A stretch of DNA of 64,000 bases from an uncultured Bacteriovoracaceae bacterium (GCA_964655245.1 CAZZLQ010000001.1:2537-66536); one strand, 5' to 3'. Positions 30,285-40,420 are shown, counted from the stretch's first letter. Notes: a model not told the origin generated them from the sequence alone. Translations and numbers: made by a program.

Positions 30285-31544
30285 TTAGGCCGTTTCAGCC
30301 GCTTGTTTTTCCATCAAAAGAATGGGCTTTTCCTTCTTGAGGATCACGTCTTCATTGATGATCACCTCTTTAACGTCCGTTCGAGAGGGTATCTCATACA
30401 TAATGTCGACCATGGCATCCTCGAGAATGGCTCTTAAGCCCCTAGCTCCTGATTTACGCTCCAACGCCATCCGAGCGACCGCTCTTAGAGCATCTTCGGT
30501 GAACTTGAGTTTGACGTTCTCAAAGCCAAAAAGCTTTTGGTACTGACGTACAATCGCATTCTTGGGTTTTCTGAGAATATCGATCAGGGCCTCTTCATCG
30601 AGTTCTCGCAAAGTCGCAATCACGGGGATACGGCCAATGAACTCGGGGATCATTCCAAACTTCAGGAGATCCTGAGGTTCGATTTTCTCCAAGAGGTCGC
30701 CGACTTTTCGGTCTTTCTTCGAGGTTACAGTTCCACCGAAACCGATCGAGTTCTTACCCAATCGACGGGCGATGATTTCATCAAGGCCCACAAAGGCCCC
30801 ACCGCAGATAAAGAGAATATTGGTGGTATCGACTTTGAGAAACTCCTGTTGGGGATGCTTTCGTCCGCCTTTAGGGGGGACGTTGGCCATTGTTCCCTCA
30901 ACAATCTTGAGGAGGGCCTGCTGAACACCTTCTCCACTGACATCACGAGTGATGCTGGGGTTTTCGCCTTTTCTCGAAATCTTATCGATCTCATCGATAT
31001 AAACGATCCCACGCTGAGTCTTTTCAATATCGTAATCAGCGTTTTGCAGAAGGTTGAGAATGATATTTTCAACATCTTCACCAACATACCCAGCTTCTGT
31101 CAGGGTGGTGGCATCAACCATGGTGAAGGGCACTTTGAGAAGACGGGCCAAAGTTTGGGCTAAAAGTGTCTTTCCCGATCCAGTGGGGCCAATCAAGAGG
31201 ATGTTGGATTTCTGTAACTCGACATCATCCTTTGAACCTGTTTTGGCATTAATTCTTTTGTAATGGTTATGAACGGCAACCGAGAGAGTTCTCTTAGCTC
31301 TGTCTTGGCCGATTACATAGTCATCGAGAACTTTTTTGATTTCCGCAGGTTTTGGAACCTTAGCGGTTTCGGAGGGCAAGTCGTTGCTGTCGTATTCCTC
31401 GGCAATGATGTCATTACAGAGCTCAATACATTCATCGCAGATATAGACACTGGGTCCAGCAATGAGCTTTTTAACTTCGCTTTGATGCTTTCCACAGAAA
31501 GAACAACAAAGATCCCCGCCTCGATCTTCTTCTTTACGACTCAT
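30285..31544 (-). CDS. clpX: ATP-dependent Clp protease ATP-binding subunit ClpX
   Basis: N-terminal C4 zinc finger (CSFCGK...CDEC), Walker A GPTGSGKT and an IGF-like loop. Start chosen at the internal ATG at 31544 (AGGAGG Shine-Dalgarno upstream); the ORF-track start at 31595 would overlap clpP. Confidence 0.93.
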   Translation of the reverse strand: MSRKEEDRGGDLCCSFCGKHQSEVKKLIAGPSVYICDECIELCNDIIAEEYDSNDLPSETAKVPKPAEIKKVLDDYVIGQDRAKRTLSVAVHNHYKRINAKTGSKDDVELQKSNILLIGPTGSGKTLLAQTLARLLKVPFTMVDATTLTEAGYVGEDVENIILNLLQNADYDIEKTQRGIVYIDEIDKISRKGENPSITRDVSGEGVQQALLKIVEGTMANVPPKGGRKHPQQEFLKVDTTNILFICGGAFVGLDEIIARRLGKNSIGFGGTVTSKKDRKVGDLLEKIEPQDLLKFGMIPEFIGRIPVIATLRELDEEALIDILRKPKNAIVRQYQKLFGFENVKLKFTEDALRAVARMALERKSGARGLRAILEDAMVDIMYEIPSRTDVKEVIINEDVILKKEKPILLMEKQAAETA

Positions 31545-31557
31545 CCACCCCTCCTTG

Positions 31558-32202
31558 TTATTTCTTAGAAGTCGTCTCTGCGACTTGCGCAGCACGGCTT
31601 TCTACGATCTTATCCACAATTCCATAGCCTAAGGCGTCCTGAGCACTCATCCAGCGATCCCGGTCCGTATGGACCAGTATATCATCCATTCGCTGACCTG
31701 TATGCTTGGCCAAGATCTGATTCAGCTGCTCTCGCAGTCTCAAGATCTCTTTAGCTTGAATCTCGATGTCAGAGGCTTGGCCCTGAGCACCACCCAAAGG
31801 TTGGTGAATCATGACTCGAGAGTGGGGGAGAATAAACCTTTTGCCCTTGGTTCCCGCGGCCAACAAAACCGCTCCCATCGACGCTGCCATTCCCAGACAG
31901 ATCGTGGTTACAGGAGGCCTGATGTACTGAATGGTGTCGTAGATGGCCATTCCAGCGCTCACCGAGCCGCCAGGGCTGTTGATATACAGGTAGATATCCT
32001 GATCGGGATCCTCAGACTCCAAGAACAGCAGTTGAGCCACGATCAAATTGGCGATCTGATCGTCAATCGGAGTTCCTAGAAGAATAATCCGATCTCTGAG
32101 GAGTCGTGAGTAGATATCATAAGCTCGTTCGCCTCGGTTGGTTTGCTCAATAACGATTGGAACCATCGAGTTTGTAACGACTGACCTGCTATTTGCTTCC
32201 AT
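31558..32202 (-). CDS. clpP: ATP-dependent Clp protease proteolytic subunit ClpP
   Basis: ClpP catalytic context (GMAASMGA...H) and a 214-aa length. Confidence 0.94.
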   Translation of the reverse strand: MEANSRSVVTNSMVPIVIEQTNRGERAYDIYSRLLRDRIILLGTPIDDQIANLIVAQLLFLESEDPDQDIYLYINSPGGSVSAGMAIYDTIQYIRPPVTTICLGMAASMGAVLLAAGTKGKRFILPHSRVMIHQPLGGAQGQASDIEIQAKEILRLREQLNQILAKHTGQRMDDILVHTDRDRWMSAQDALGYGIVDKIVESRAAQVAETTSKK

Positions 32203-32208
32203 AAAGAA

Positions 32209-33522
32209 CTAATCCTTTAATTTTATGGTAGCCTTCGAAAGCGCATAATCAAGGGATTTCTCATCTAGGATGTCGATCTTCAAGCGATCCATTCTCGAAA
32301 GTGATTCGTTGTCTTCTTTTGCAGAGTAGTAGGCCTTAATCTGTGCTACACTGTAGCCAGTTTTCGCGGCTGTTTCGGCCATTCTCTTTTCAAGATCGTC
32401 ACTCGAGACTTCAAAGTTTTGCTGCTTTGCGATGGCTTCCAAAATGTAGCTCAGTCGAATGTCGCGTTCAGCTTTTTTCATCGAGGAAGCGAGAAGAGCC
32501 TTTTCGTTTTCCTCGTTTTCTTCGTGAGGCACTCCCATTTGATGCATCATTTGATGAGCCTCTTGAGCAAGTCGACCTGCGAATTGCTGGACTTGTCTTT
32601 GGCTCACTTCAAATTGATTGTTGCTCACGAGCACATCGCCAACGGCATCACGTTTCGTTTTGCCAAGGTTGGCCTCGTTTCTTTGCTCCAACGTCGTGCG
32701 GATTTTTTGTTTGAGCTCGGTGATTCCAGAAACTTTTTCATCAATGAGTTTTGCAAACTCATCGTTGAGTTCAGGGAGTTTTCGCTCCTTCACGCCGGAA
32801 ACGGACACTGTGAAAGTGGCTGTCTTGCCCGCCAAAGTCTTTTCCCGATAGTCCTCGGGAAACTTGACTTCGAAGCTCTTCGTTTCATCCTTTTTCATTC
32901 CGACAATGCCGGCTTCAAAGTCAGGGAGATAGCGGTTCTCGCCAAGAATGATCGTATGGGATTCGGACTTGAGCATGGGATTATCCACGCCATCAACGGT
33001 TCCCGAAAAACTAGCGACAGCGCAGTCATTCGTGCCCACTTTGTGGTTTTCGGCGGCGTCAGCAAAGGTGACTTCTGCCTTTTGAATGGCCTCAAGCTCT
33101 TGAGCGACTTCGCTGTCTGAAACAGATTTGGCTTTTTGAACTTCAACGGATAGGCCGTCGAGCTTGAGATTGCTAATCTTGGGTTTCAAATGCAATTCAA
33201 CCTCAAAGGTAAAATCCTTGGCTTCGCTAGGGAGATCCGTTGCAAGCAACGAAGGAGGGAGAGCGAGATCCAATTTGTGTTCCTCAATAGCCTTGCCCAA
33301 AAACTCGGCAATCAATCGTTCAGAAAGATCAGCCAACGCTTCATCGCCATACATTTGTTTGACGACATTCGTAGGAGCTTTGCCGGGACGAAATCCAGGA
33401 ACCTTGGCTCGTTTGGCTAGGGTTGCAAAGAAACTGTTCATGCGCTCGGAGACAACGGGCTTTGGAACAGAAACTTTGATGGTCGCTTCGACTGAACTTT
33501 TGTGCTGGATGTTTGAATTCAT
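32209..33522 (-). CDS. tig: Trigger factor
   Basis: 437 aa with an N-terminal ribosome-binding GFRPGKAP motif and a central FKBP-like PPIase region; classic tig-clpP-clpX-lon order. Confidence 0.9.
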   Translation of the reverse strand: MNSNIQHKSSVEATIKVSVPKPVVSERMNSFFATLAKRAKVPGFRPGKAPTNVVKQMYGDEALADLSERLIAEFLGKAIEEHKLDLALPPSLLATDLPSEAKDFTFEVELHLKPKISNLKLDGLSVEVQKAKSVSDSEVAQELEAIQKAEVTFADAAENHKVGTNDCAVASFSGTVDGVDNPMLKSESHTIILGENRYLPDFEAGIVGMKKDETKSFEVKFPEDYREKTLAGKTATFTVSVSGVKERKLPELNDEFAKLIDEKVSGITELKQKIRTTLEQRNEANLGKTKRDAVGDVLVSNNQFEVSQRQVQQFAGRLAQEAHQMMHQMGVPHEENEENEKALLASSMKKAERDIRLSYILEAIAKQQNFEVSSDDLEKRMAETAAKTGYSVAQIKAYYSAKEDNESLSRMDRLKIDILDEKSLDYALSKATIKLKD

Positions 33523-33663
33523 TTGCTTTTTTCACAGCATTTGACGGTTAAAGACAAGCCCCTCAAAGCTGTTCTTAAGGGTCTTGGGGGCACTCAGCAC
33601 GAGCGCAATGATGGGTCCTAAGTATTTGATTTAACTCATTTAATCGGCGACCCTGTTTCGTCC

Positions 33664-35145
33664 TTACAGCAGAAGCTTCCTGATGCGCTGGAGCAAAACG
33701 GGGGGAGGTTCTATTTGCTTCAGCTGCAAGTACCGACGAATCGCGAGTGCTGTGCTGCCGTGAAATCGATCAGAAACGCGAGCCATGGAAATGGGCAGAG
33801 ACAGCTCTTCAATCTGATCCATCAAATGTGTTCGAAAGAGCTCAATTTGATTAGTACGAAGGATGAGCTTGTGAATATCTCCCTGGTACTTTGTTTTTAA
33901 AAGCTGATCGATTTTTTTCACCAGAACTTCATCTACAACATCTCTCTTGAACCATGTTCCTTTTGAAGAGTAGCCAAGATGGTAGGTTCGAAGTTGCTCG
34001 GCGATTTCCGGACGTCCCTTGAGATTCAGATATTCTTTGAGCGCTCGGTAGGGGCTGTTGCCATAGTTGTGGCCTATGTTTCCCATCGAGATGGTGAGAC
34101 GAAGTCCTGCGACTTCCTCTTCGAGCGGGGTCTTGAAGAGTTCCTGGCAGTTTGTTTCACCGATGAGCATCGCCAAGTCGCCGAGGTATCGTGATCGAAG
34201 TAGGTAGTCGATTTTTCTCACCAAGATCTCTTGTCTGATCTCTTTCTGAGACCAGATACCTCGTTGAGTTTGAAGGAGGTGGTAGGGTTTTACAGCTGCC
34301 GCAAGTTCGTTGAGTCCCTTGAGTTTCATATAGTCTTTGAGAGCGGCATACACACTGCCTCGATAGATCTGTCCGATTCGCCCCATCGACACCTCAAGTT
34401 TCAATCCGGAAATGTTCTCAATCAAGGGCTCTTGAAATAGTTCCCTTTTGTTTGTCTGCGATAGTAGTGCATCAACTTTGCCATGGTACTTTTCCTCGAG
34501 GAGCTGATCGATTTTTTTGATGAGAATCGCATGAAGAGTTTCTTCATCGGTCCAAGTATTCGTTGGGGATTGACGAAAGTGATAGGGGCGAATCTGTCCT
34601 GCCAGCTGATTCCAACCTTTGAGATGGAGATAGTGTTTGATGGTGAGGTAAGGGCTTCCCTTAAAGAACTCACGAATAGACTTCATAGAGACCGAAAGCT
34701 TTTTTGTCCCAATCGTTTCTTCGAAACGAGTCGGAAACAATTCATCTTGGCCCGTTTCCATAATCATTCTTGCAAGATTCTGCCGGTATTTTGTTTCAAG
34801 AAGCCGATCGACTTGTTTCAAAAGAACTTCATTGCGAGTTTCCTCGTTCCAGACATCGATGACGAATCGCGCGTGATAGGGACGCACACTTGTCGGAAGT
34901 CCCAAGGCTTGTGCAGAAGTCATAGCGGCAATCAAAGTGGAGATTGGAATGTTGCGCTTGAGGGGGTGCACTCGGCCTTGAGCGTCAGGGCCTCGGTTTC
35001 GCAGAAGAAACTGCGTGATCTCGGAGATCAAATCTCGGCAGGCTGCCGGAGCTTCATAGGCTGAGGAATTGGCCTCCAGTCGACCAAGGAAAAATGCGAT
35101 GAGAACAGACAAAAGCACATGATGGACAAAAAATCGGCGGCTCAT
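33664..35145 (-). CDS. Secreted protein of unknown function composed of four tandem ~100-aa repeats
   Basis: Signal-peptide-like N-terminus (MSRRFFVHHVLLSVLIAFFLGRLEA) then four repeats sharing PYH..(6-7)..W..(8)..L..KID.LL..KY.G.....L...TN..ELF...L......L.L..SM..I...Y..S.Y.ALK.YL.LKG. Start taken at the internal ATG at 35145. Confidence 0.7.
   Translation of the reverse strand: MSRRFFVHHVLLSVLIAFFLGRLEANSSAYEAPAACRDLISEITQFLLRNRGPDAQGRVHPLKRNIPISTLIAAMTSAQALGLPTSVRPYHARFVIDVWNEETRNEVLLKQVDRLLETKYRQNLARMIMETGQDELFPTRFEETIGTKKLSVSMKSIREFFKGSPYLTIKHYLHLKGWNQLAGQIRPYHFRQSPTNTWTDEETLHAILIKKIDQLLEEKYHGKVDALLSQTNKRELFQEPLIENISGLKLEVSMGRIGQIYRGSVYAALKDYMKLKGLNELAAAVKPYHLLQTQRGIWSQKEIRQEILVRKIDYLLRSRYLGDLAMLIGETNCQELFKTPLEEEVAGLRLTISMGNIGHNYGNSPYRALKEYLNLKGRPEIAEQLRTYHLGYSSKGTWFKRDVVDEVLVKKIDQLLKTKYQGDIHKLILRTNQIELFRTHLMDQIEELSLPISMARVSDRFHGSTALAIRRYLQLKQIEPPPVLLQRIRKLLL
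33712..34884 (-). repeat. Four tandem, diverged ~300-bp in-frame coding repeats (about 98, 100, 100 and 93 codons)
   Basis: Repeat units begin at protein residues about 104, 202, 302 and 402 (RPYH / RPYH / KPYH / RTYH) and share roughly 30-40% amino-acid identity with conserved spacing. Confidence 0.7.
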
Positions 35146-35200
35146 TTCGGATGAGCAACTGCCAGATTCAGGGCTGTAAGTGAATAGCCCCAAAGAACAA

Positions 35201-35282
35201 TGCGGGATGAGGGACTTGAACCCCCACGAGTTACCTCACTAGGTTCTAAGCCTAGCGCGTCTGCCAATTCCGCCAATCCCGC
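35201..35282 (-). tRNA. tRNA-Leu (anticodon TAG), type II with a long variable arm
   Basis: The reverse complement folds as GCGGGAT-TG-GCG-GAATTGGCAGA-CGC..CTAGG-CTTAGAA-CCTAG-(variable TGAGGTAACTCGT)-GGGGG-TTCAAGT-CCCTC-ATCCCGC-A, close to canonical bacterial tRNA-Leu. Confidence 0.85.
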
Positions 35283-35442
35283 GAGAATCGAACACTGCGG
35301 AGACAATATATCCCGATTTTAAGGAGTGCACTTATTTTTTTGAGGATACCCCCCCAAATCTGACTTTTCCTATACAGGGCGAAGCTGGCGTCATTATTCT
35401 GCAGCTAGAGCATCAGGGGATGGCCCAGAGAGGAAGTGGCAT

Positions 35443-36735
35443 GTGATTCATGGAGCAATTGAAGAGCAGGTGAGCTGGAAGAAGGAGATTGTGGGGGGGG
35501 TCACGACCTTCTTAACGATGTCCTACATCATCGTAGTGAATCCTCGAATTCTATCCGCAGCGGGGATGGAGTTCTCCGGCGTTATGACGGCAACAGTGCT
35601 TGTGACCTTGCTTATGACCCTCCTCATGGGACTGTATGCTAAGTTACCGTTCGCTGTTGCACCTGGCATGGGTCTCAATGCTTTTTTTGCCTATACGCTT
35701 GTGTTGGGAATGAATGTGCCCTGGCAGATTGCCTTAGGAATTGTGTTTTGGTCTGGAGTTCTTTTCATCCTGATCTCTGGCACTCGACTTCGAGAGATGA
35801 TTGCTCAAGCAATGCCAGGAAACATCCGCGTTGCCGTTGCTGTTGGAATTGGTTTTTTTCTGACATTTATTGGGCTTAAGAATCTAGGCTTAGTGGTGGG
35901 TGATCCTGTGACGTTGGTGAAGTTTGGCGCGCTCAACGTCAAGACTGTAACGGCCCTTGTGGGGTTATTGTTCATGACTTGGCTGATGATTCACAAATCT
36001 CCATTTGCCTTCATCAATGGGATCGTTGCGATCGCGATTGTCTCTTGGGTTTTGGGTTGGGCCCCGATGCCTGAAAAAATTTTGAGCGCTCCAGATTTTT
36101 CTTCTGTCCTTTTGAAGTTGGATATTGTGAATGCCCTCCAGTGGAGTCTGATTCCAGCCATCATCACTGTGGTTCTGACAATCTTGTTTGATTCCCTTTC
36201 AACATTCATGGGAGTTTCGAAGGCCGCCAATCTACTCGATGCACAAGGGCAGCCGCGAAATTTGCGTCAGGGCCTGATCGTTGATTCCGTTGCTTCAATT
36301 ACTTCAGGATTGGCCGGAACTTCCCCCGCAGTTCCCTACATAGAAAGTGCGGCAGGCATTGAAATGGGAGGGCGAACCGGACGAGCTTCTATTGTGACAG
36401 CGCTTTGTTTTTTACCCTGTTTGTTCATCGCTCCGTTAGCGATTGCCATTCCTGAGTACGCAACAGCCCCCGTTTTGATTTTGGTTGGGGCGCTGATGTT
36501 TCGACATGTGAAAGATTTTGATTTCAGTGGGCGATTTGAGGATTTGATTCCCGCGTTTTTAACTGTGATTCTTGTGCCACTGACCTTTTCGATTACTCAG
36601 GGGATTCTTTGGGGCTTTATCGCGCACTCGCTGATGTATGTCCTTGTTGGTCGAGCTCGCGAGGTCAAACCCACGATGTATGGGCTTTCGCTTGTTTCAG
36701 TTGTGTTGCTCTTGGTGGAGAATGTCTTCGTTTGA
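35443..36735 (+). CDS. Purine (guanine/hypoxanthine/adenine) permease, AzgA/PbuG subfamily of NCS2
   Basis: 430-aa polytopic membrane protein with AzgA-family conservation (GGVTTFLTMSYIIVVNP, GLNAFFAYT, SAAGIEMGGRTG). Confidence 0.85.
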   Translation: MIHGAIEEQVSWKKEIVGGVTTFLTMSYIIVVNPRILSAAGMEFSGVMTATVLVTLLMTLLMGLYAKLPFAVAPGMGLNAFFAYTLVLGMNVPWQIALGIVFWSGVLFILISGTRLREMIAQAMPGNIRVAVAVGIGFFLTFIGLKNLGLVVGDPVTLVKFGALNVKTVTALVGLLFMTWLMIHKSPFAFINGIVAIAIVSWVLGWAPMPEKILSAPDFSSVLLKLDIVNALQWSLIPAIITVVLTILFDSLSTFMGVSKAANLLDAQGQPRNLRQGLIVDSVASITSGLAGTSPAVPYIESAAGIEMGGRTGRASIVTALCFLPCLFIAPLAIAIPEYATAPVLILVGALMFRHVKDFDFSGRFEDLIPAFLTVILVPLTFSITQGILWGFIAHSLMYVLVGRAREVKPTMYGLSLVSVVLLLVENVFV

Positions 36736-36739
36736 AATT

Positions 36740-36813
36740 TCGGAATGAGTGGATTCGAACCACCGACCTCTTGTTCCCGAAACAAGCGCTCTACCAGGCT
36801 GAGCTACATTCCG
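36740..36813 (-). tRNA. tRNA-Pro (anticodon CGG)
   Basis: The reverse complement folds as CGGAATG-TA-GCTC-AGCCTGGTA-GAGC-G-CTTGT-TTCGGGA-ACAAG-AGGTC-GGTGG-TTCGAAT-CCACT-CATTCCG-A. Confidence 0.85.
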
Positions 36814-36865
36814 ATCTCTGTTTGAATATCATAAAGGCCAAGCTTTGCAACGAGAGGATAGCTTC

Positions 36866-38656
36866 TTAAAAGCCAATATTAAGGCCAGCGGGGCGCAGAT
36901 AGCTTAGCATCCGGTCTAGCGATTCCCTCACTCGAGTCAGCACTTGAGCTTGCATTTCAGATTTGGGTCGCCCTTCGTATTTCTTTTGTCCCTTTCCGTG
37001 AGGAAAGGTCTCCACCTTGAGCATTTCACCAGTGGGTGAATACTTCACGACAATCGTGCCTTCATCCTTGAGGGTAATGGATTGGGGCTTTCCATACTCC
37101 CAATAGGTGAACGCGATTTCATCGCCTTTGAGTTGATCTCTCAAGAACAAGAGCTTTCCGTTCTTGTTGTATTGTAACTTGAGATGCATCGTGGGTTTAC
37201 TCGCGGCAAGCTCTTTGGCTTCAACGAGATTGCATCGTGGGTCAAAAGTGAAGTTGAGAGAAGATTCCTTTCCTTGAGCAGTTTTGAGAGCAATCATCTT
37301 CACTTGGCTGCATCGTGCTTCATAGTCAAAAGTCATCAGGTCGCCTGAGGGAACTGACTGCCGACTGATCATGTTTCCTGTATTGGGATCATAGACGTAT
37401 TTGTCCCCTTGTCCTCGGGCATCTAAGACAGACGCGGGATAGCCTGTTTCCTTGGAAAATGTCTTCGTCTCTCGAGATGTTTCTTTGTCGGAGGAGTCAT
37501 GTTTGCTCACCCGCTCAAACTCTTTGAGTTTGAACTCATGAATCTCTTTCCCGACGTAGCGATCACCCTCGTACTTGGAAATTTCGGTAATGCTGTGACT
37601 GCTGTTGTTCCCTGGAAAGCTGCGAGAGTACTTAGACACCTTTGTTCCGGGCCCGGACTGCTTGGCGACTTCGTACTTGGCATTGTACTCGAATCGAATC
37701 TCTTCTTTGTCCTTCCCGGGAGCGGAGGTGATCATTTTGGTCATATTGCCTACTTTGTCGTACTCAAACTCCATTTTCTTTCCAGAGACATCGGTGAAGG
37801 ATTTTAAGCGGCGAGAGGGCAGCATTTCATAGGTTGCCTTCCGACCGAGTGAGTCAGTGATTTCTCGAACGAGTCCCTTGAGCGCTGAATCCGCTTGATA
37901 GGCTAAGTTCACGGATCGACCGCACATATCATTAATTCGAATCAGATTTTCGTCAGCGTAAGCATAGTCAATTGCGTTTCCGTTTCGATCCTCAGATCGA
38001 ATGAGTCGGCCCGATGAATTGAAAAACTCCTGGGAGGAATTCTGGAACCGCCTTACAAAAGTACCATCGGGTCGAAGCTCGATGGTCGAAGGTCCTCTGG
38101 CAAAGCTATAGTACGTCCCGGGACCTGCCATCGGTTGAGTCGCAAGGAGCTTGCTCGCCAGCTGTTCTCGGAAGCGCTCTTCGTTGATGAGTTTGCGACG
38201 AAGTTCCTCATACGCCGTTGGCGATTTGATTCCTCCCGCCTGCACATCGACTTTCTTTTGAGCGACAAGAATCTTTTCAATCTGAGCGGTCTTTGCTTCC
38301 TCGAGATTCCGCTCCTTGGTGTAAACGTTAGTGAAGCCGTCTCCCTCCAAAACCTCGATTCTGGCTGGCGCTCTCTTCACACGAATATTGTGATTGAATG
38401 TCCACTTATCTCCAAAGATGCTCGAGTTTCCCGAGTAGGAGTTGTAGGCCATTTTGAGTTCAATCGGAGCATAACAAGGTAGTGCGAAGTGATCTTCAAT
38501 CGGTAGAAAAAAGTTTAAGGTGCGTACATTCACAGGATCAGGAGGATAGTGATAGAAAAATGTTGTGCCTTGCGGGCCGTACCCAAGTGACTCCTCATGA
38601 GACGCGCTGGCTGTGACAGACAGGCTGAAGATCAGTCCAAAGCAGAAGAATTTCAT
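36866..38656 (-). CDS. Secreted YD-repeat (RHS-like repeat) protein, no recognisable C-terminal toxin domain
   Basis: Signal peptide MKFFCFGLIFSLSVTASA, then multiple YD-type repeats (NAIDYAYADENLIRIND..GRSVNLAYQ..., GRKATYEM..., KMEFEYDKVGNMTKM, IRFEYNAKYEV, KYVYDPNTGNMIS, MTFDYE). Confidence 0.7.
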   Translation of the reverse strand: MKFFCFGLIFSLSVTASASHEESLGYGPQGTTFFYHYPPDPVNVRTLNFFLPIEDHFALPCYAPIELKMAYNSYSGNSSIFGDKWTFNHNIRVKRAPARIEVLEGDGFTNVYTKERNLEEAKTAQIEKILVAQKKVDVQAGGIKSPTAYEELRRKLINEERFREQLASKLLATQPMAGPGTYYSFARGPSTIELRPDGTFVRRFQNSSQEFFNSSGRLIRSEDRNGNAIDYAYADENLIRINDMCGRSVNLAYQADSALKGLVREITDSLGRKATYEMLPSRRLKSFTDVSGKKMEFEYDKVGNMTKMITSAPGKDKEEIRFEYNAKYEVAKQSGPGTKVSKYSRSFPGNNSSHSITEISKYEGDRYVGKEIHEFKLKEFERVSKHDSSDKETSRETKTFSKETGYPASVLDARGQGDKYVYDPNTGNMISRQSVPSGDLMTFDYEARCSQVKMIALKTAQGKESSLNFTFDPRCNLVEAKELAASKPTMHLKLQYNKNGKLLFLRDQLKGDEIAFTYWEYGKPQSITLKDEGTIVVKYSPTGEMLKVETFPHGKGQKKYEGRPKSEMQAQVLTRVRESLDRMLSYLRPAGLNIGF

Positions 38657-38767
38657 TATGTTAAGAACGGAAAGCACTTCTTCAATGATAACTGAAGCTG
38701 GGGATTTTCAGGCAGAATTTCCTTTAGGGAAAGCGTTGGAAATGGTGCGAAGCGTCGATGATTTAGC

Positions 38768-40420
38768 TCATTCGGATTTCGATTTTTGCAAGGCAGTGAT
38801 GAGAAGCGCAAAAATCGACAGCATGGCACCGCCCCAAAGAGCCAGGCCCCATCGATCATCGGGTCGATAGGCATTCATCAAAACGGCTGAAACAAGGAAT
38901 CCGCTGCTGAGATATCCAAAGGCATGAAGTCTCATCGAGCGTTCAAATGTCTTTTTGAACTCGTCGGCTTGTTTTCCACCAAGGAACAGATCGCCTTGAT
39001 CGAGACGTTGAACCAGAGTCTGCATTTGAACAGGAAGCTCAGTACCCAGAGTACGAAAACCTTCGAACGTCTTTACGACATCTCGCCAAATCTCATCATA
39101 CGAGAATCGTCGTCTCATCAATGTTTTTGCAAACATTTGACCATAGCCCACGAACTCAAAATCTGGATCAAGTTTTCGACCGAGAGATTCAAGAGTCATG
39201 ATTGATCGATAAAAGAGCACGAGATCCTGAGGCACTCGAACCTGATACTTTCGAGCAATTCGAGTTGAATCGAGCATGACTTGTCCAAGATGAATATCCT
39301 TCAAGGGCTTTCCCAGTTGAGGGCCCAAGAAGTTGGCTATATCGCGTTGAAACTCTCGAACGCTAAAGCGTCGACCAAAGTCACCAATTTCAACGTAGGT
39401 TTGAGAGAGGCCCTGAAAGTCTCTGGCAACAAGAGAGAGAAAGATCTTCGAAAGCTTCTTTTTGAGCTCGGGCTGAAGATTGCCAACGAGGCCAAAATCA
39501 AGAATCACTAATCGTCCGCCGTCCTCAGTTTGGAGGAGAACGTTCCCTGCATGCGCGTCGGCGTGAAAGACGCCGTGCTGAAAGATGCTTTCAAAAAAGA
39601 AAGACACCAGAGCTTCGGCGAGCTTGCGACGATCAACTTCGGGCGGAAACTCTTTGATTTGTGAAAGAGGAGTGCCTTTCATCTCAGTCATTGTGAGCAC
39701 TCGTTTCGTTGTCGCCGGCCAAATCACATCAGGAACTCGAATTCGATCATCGGCTTCGACTTGTTTGCCAAAGTACTCGAGATTCTTGGCTTCGAGAGTG
39801 AAGTCGAGCTCTTCGTTGATGCTTCTTTGGAACTCCTTCACGATTCCCGTCGGGTTGAGCAAACGAAGGTCCTCAATCCTTTCAAGGGCTGAGGCCAATC
39901 GGTAGAGTACTTGGATGTCATTTTGAATCACTCGTGTGATATTGGGTCGCTGGACCTTGATGACAACAGCTGTGTTCGTTTCTCGCCAGACCGCTCGATG
40001 CACTTGAGCGATACTCGCTGCCGCCATGGGCTCCTTTTCGATGGATTGAAAAAGTTCTTCCAGTTTAGCGCCAAACTCCTCCTCCAAGATCGCTTCCACT
40101 TCGCTGAAGTCAAAAGCTGGCACGGAATCTGTGAGCTTGGAAAACTCCTCAATATATTCCTCAGACAAGAGGTCCGGTCGGGTCGAAAGTAGTTGCCCTA
40201 ACTTGATAAAAGTCGGCCCCAACTCCTCAAAGGCCATTCTTAGTCGAGCAGCGACGGAAGTAGTGGTGGATGAATCCGAACTCGTCCTTTGGTACAAGCC
40301 CAGTTCGGCCATGATTCCAGAGAAGCCGTGCTTCACTAGAACGCGAACGATCGTTTGAAACCGCGAAAGGTTATCAAGTCTGCTTTTGAAGGAAAATTTT
40401 ACGTCATTTATGACCGACAT
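38768..40420 (-). CDS. ubiB: ABC1/UbiB-family atypical protein kinase (ubiquinone biosynthesis-associated)
   Basis: 550 aa with the ABC1 kinase-like core (AAASIAQVHRA, VIKVQRP, VFHADAHAGNVLL, DFG) and a C-terminal TM segment. Confidence 0.8.
   Translation of the reverse strand: MSVINDVKFSFKSRLDNLSRFQTIVRVLVKHGFSGIMAELGLYQRTSSDSSTTTSVAARLRMAFEELGPTFIKLGQLLSTRPDLLSEEYIEEFSKLTDSVPAFDFSEVEAILEEEFGAKLEELFQSIEKEPMAAASIAQVHRAVWRETNTAVVIKVQRPNITRVIQNDIQVLYRLASALERIEDLRLLNPTGIVKEFQRSINEELDFTLEAKNLEYFGKQVEADDRIRVPDVIWPATTKRVLTMTEMKGTPLSQIKEFPPEVDRRKLAEALVSFFFESIFQHGVFHADAHAGNVLLQTEDGGRLVILDFGLVGNLQPELKKKLSKIFLSLVARDFQGLSQTYVEIGDFGRRFSVREFQRDIANFLGPQLGKPLKDIHLGQVMLDSTRIARKYQVRVPQDLVLFYRSIMTLESLGRKLDPDFEFVGYGQMFAKTLMRRRFSYDEIWRDVVKTFEGFRTLGTELPVQMQTLVQRLDQGDLFLGGKQADEFKKTFERSMRLHAFGYLSSGFLVSAVLMNAYRPDDRWGLALWGGAMLSIFALLITALQKSKSE

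Noticed and set aside
30537-31163. Long antisense ORFs inside well-supported genes: 30537-31163 (+) in clpX, 32419-33120 (+) in tig, 6170-6748 (-) in tuf, 23104-23682 (-) in rluB, 40921-41421 (+) in rnr, 53008-53502 (+) in a lipoprotein gene and 34483-35064 (+) in the repeat protein
   Set aside because: All are fully embedded antisense to strongly homologous genes and have low-complexity or stop-poor composition typical of shadow ORFs at ~50% GC. None has recognisable motifs.
33712-34884. Regularly spaced ~300-bp repeats that might suggest a CRISPR array or a mobile-element repeat
   Set aside because: The units are 300 bp (not 28-37 bp), are in-frame inside one long ORF, are only ~30-40% identical at the protein level and have no spacers. 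They are coding tandem repeats of a protein.
35283-35340. A GTGTTCGATTCTC sequence immediately 5' of tRNA-Leu(UAG) on the minus strand, resembling a tRNA T-loop (possible tRNA fragment or integration scar)
   Set aside because: The flanking bases do not form a T-stem or acceptor stem, and no second cloverleaf can be folded. Treated as chance similarity.
35283-35442. Possible purine riboswitch upstream of the AzgA-type guanine/hypoxanthine permease
   Set aside because: The region lacks the conserved purine-riboswitch core (the ...UAUA...GUUUCUACC...CCGUAAA... junction motifs). Only a short AGTGCACT palindrome plus T-run is present.
36597-36869. Two small ORFs (62 aa on -, 86 aa on +) at the 3' end of the permease gene
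   Set aside because: They overlap tRNA-Pro(CGG) (36740-36813) and the permease stop. There is no coding signal.
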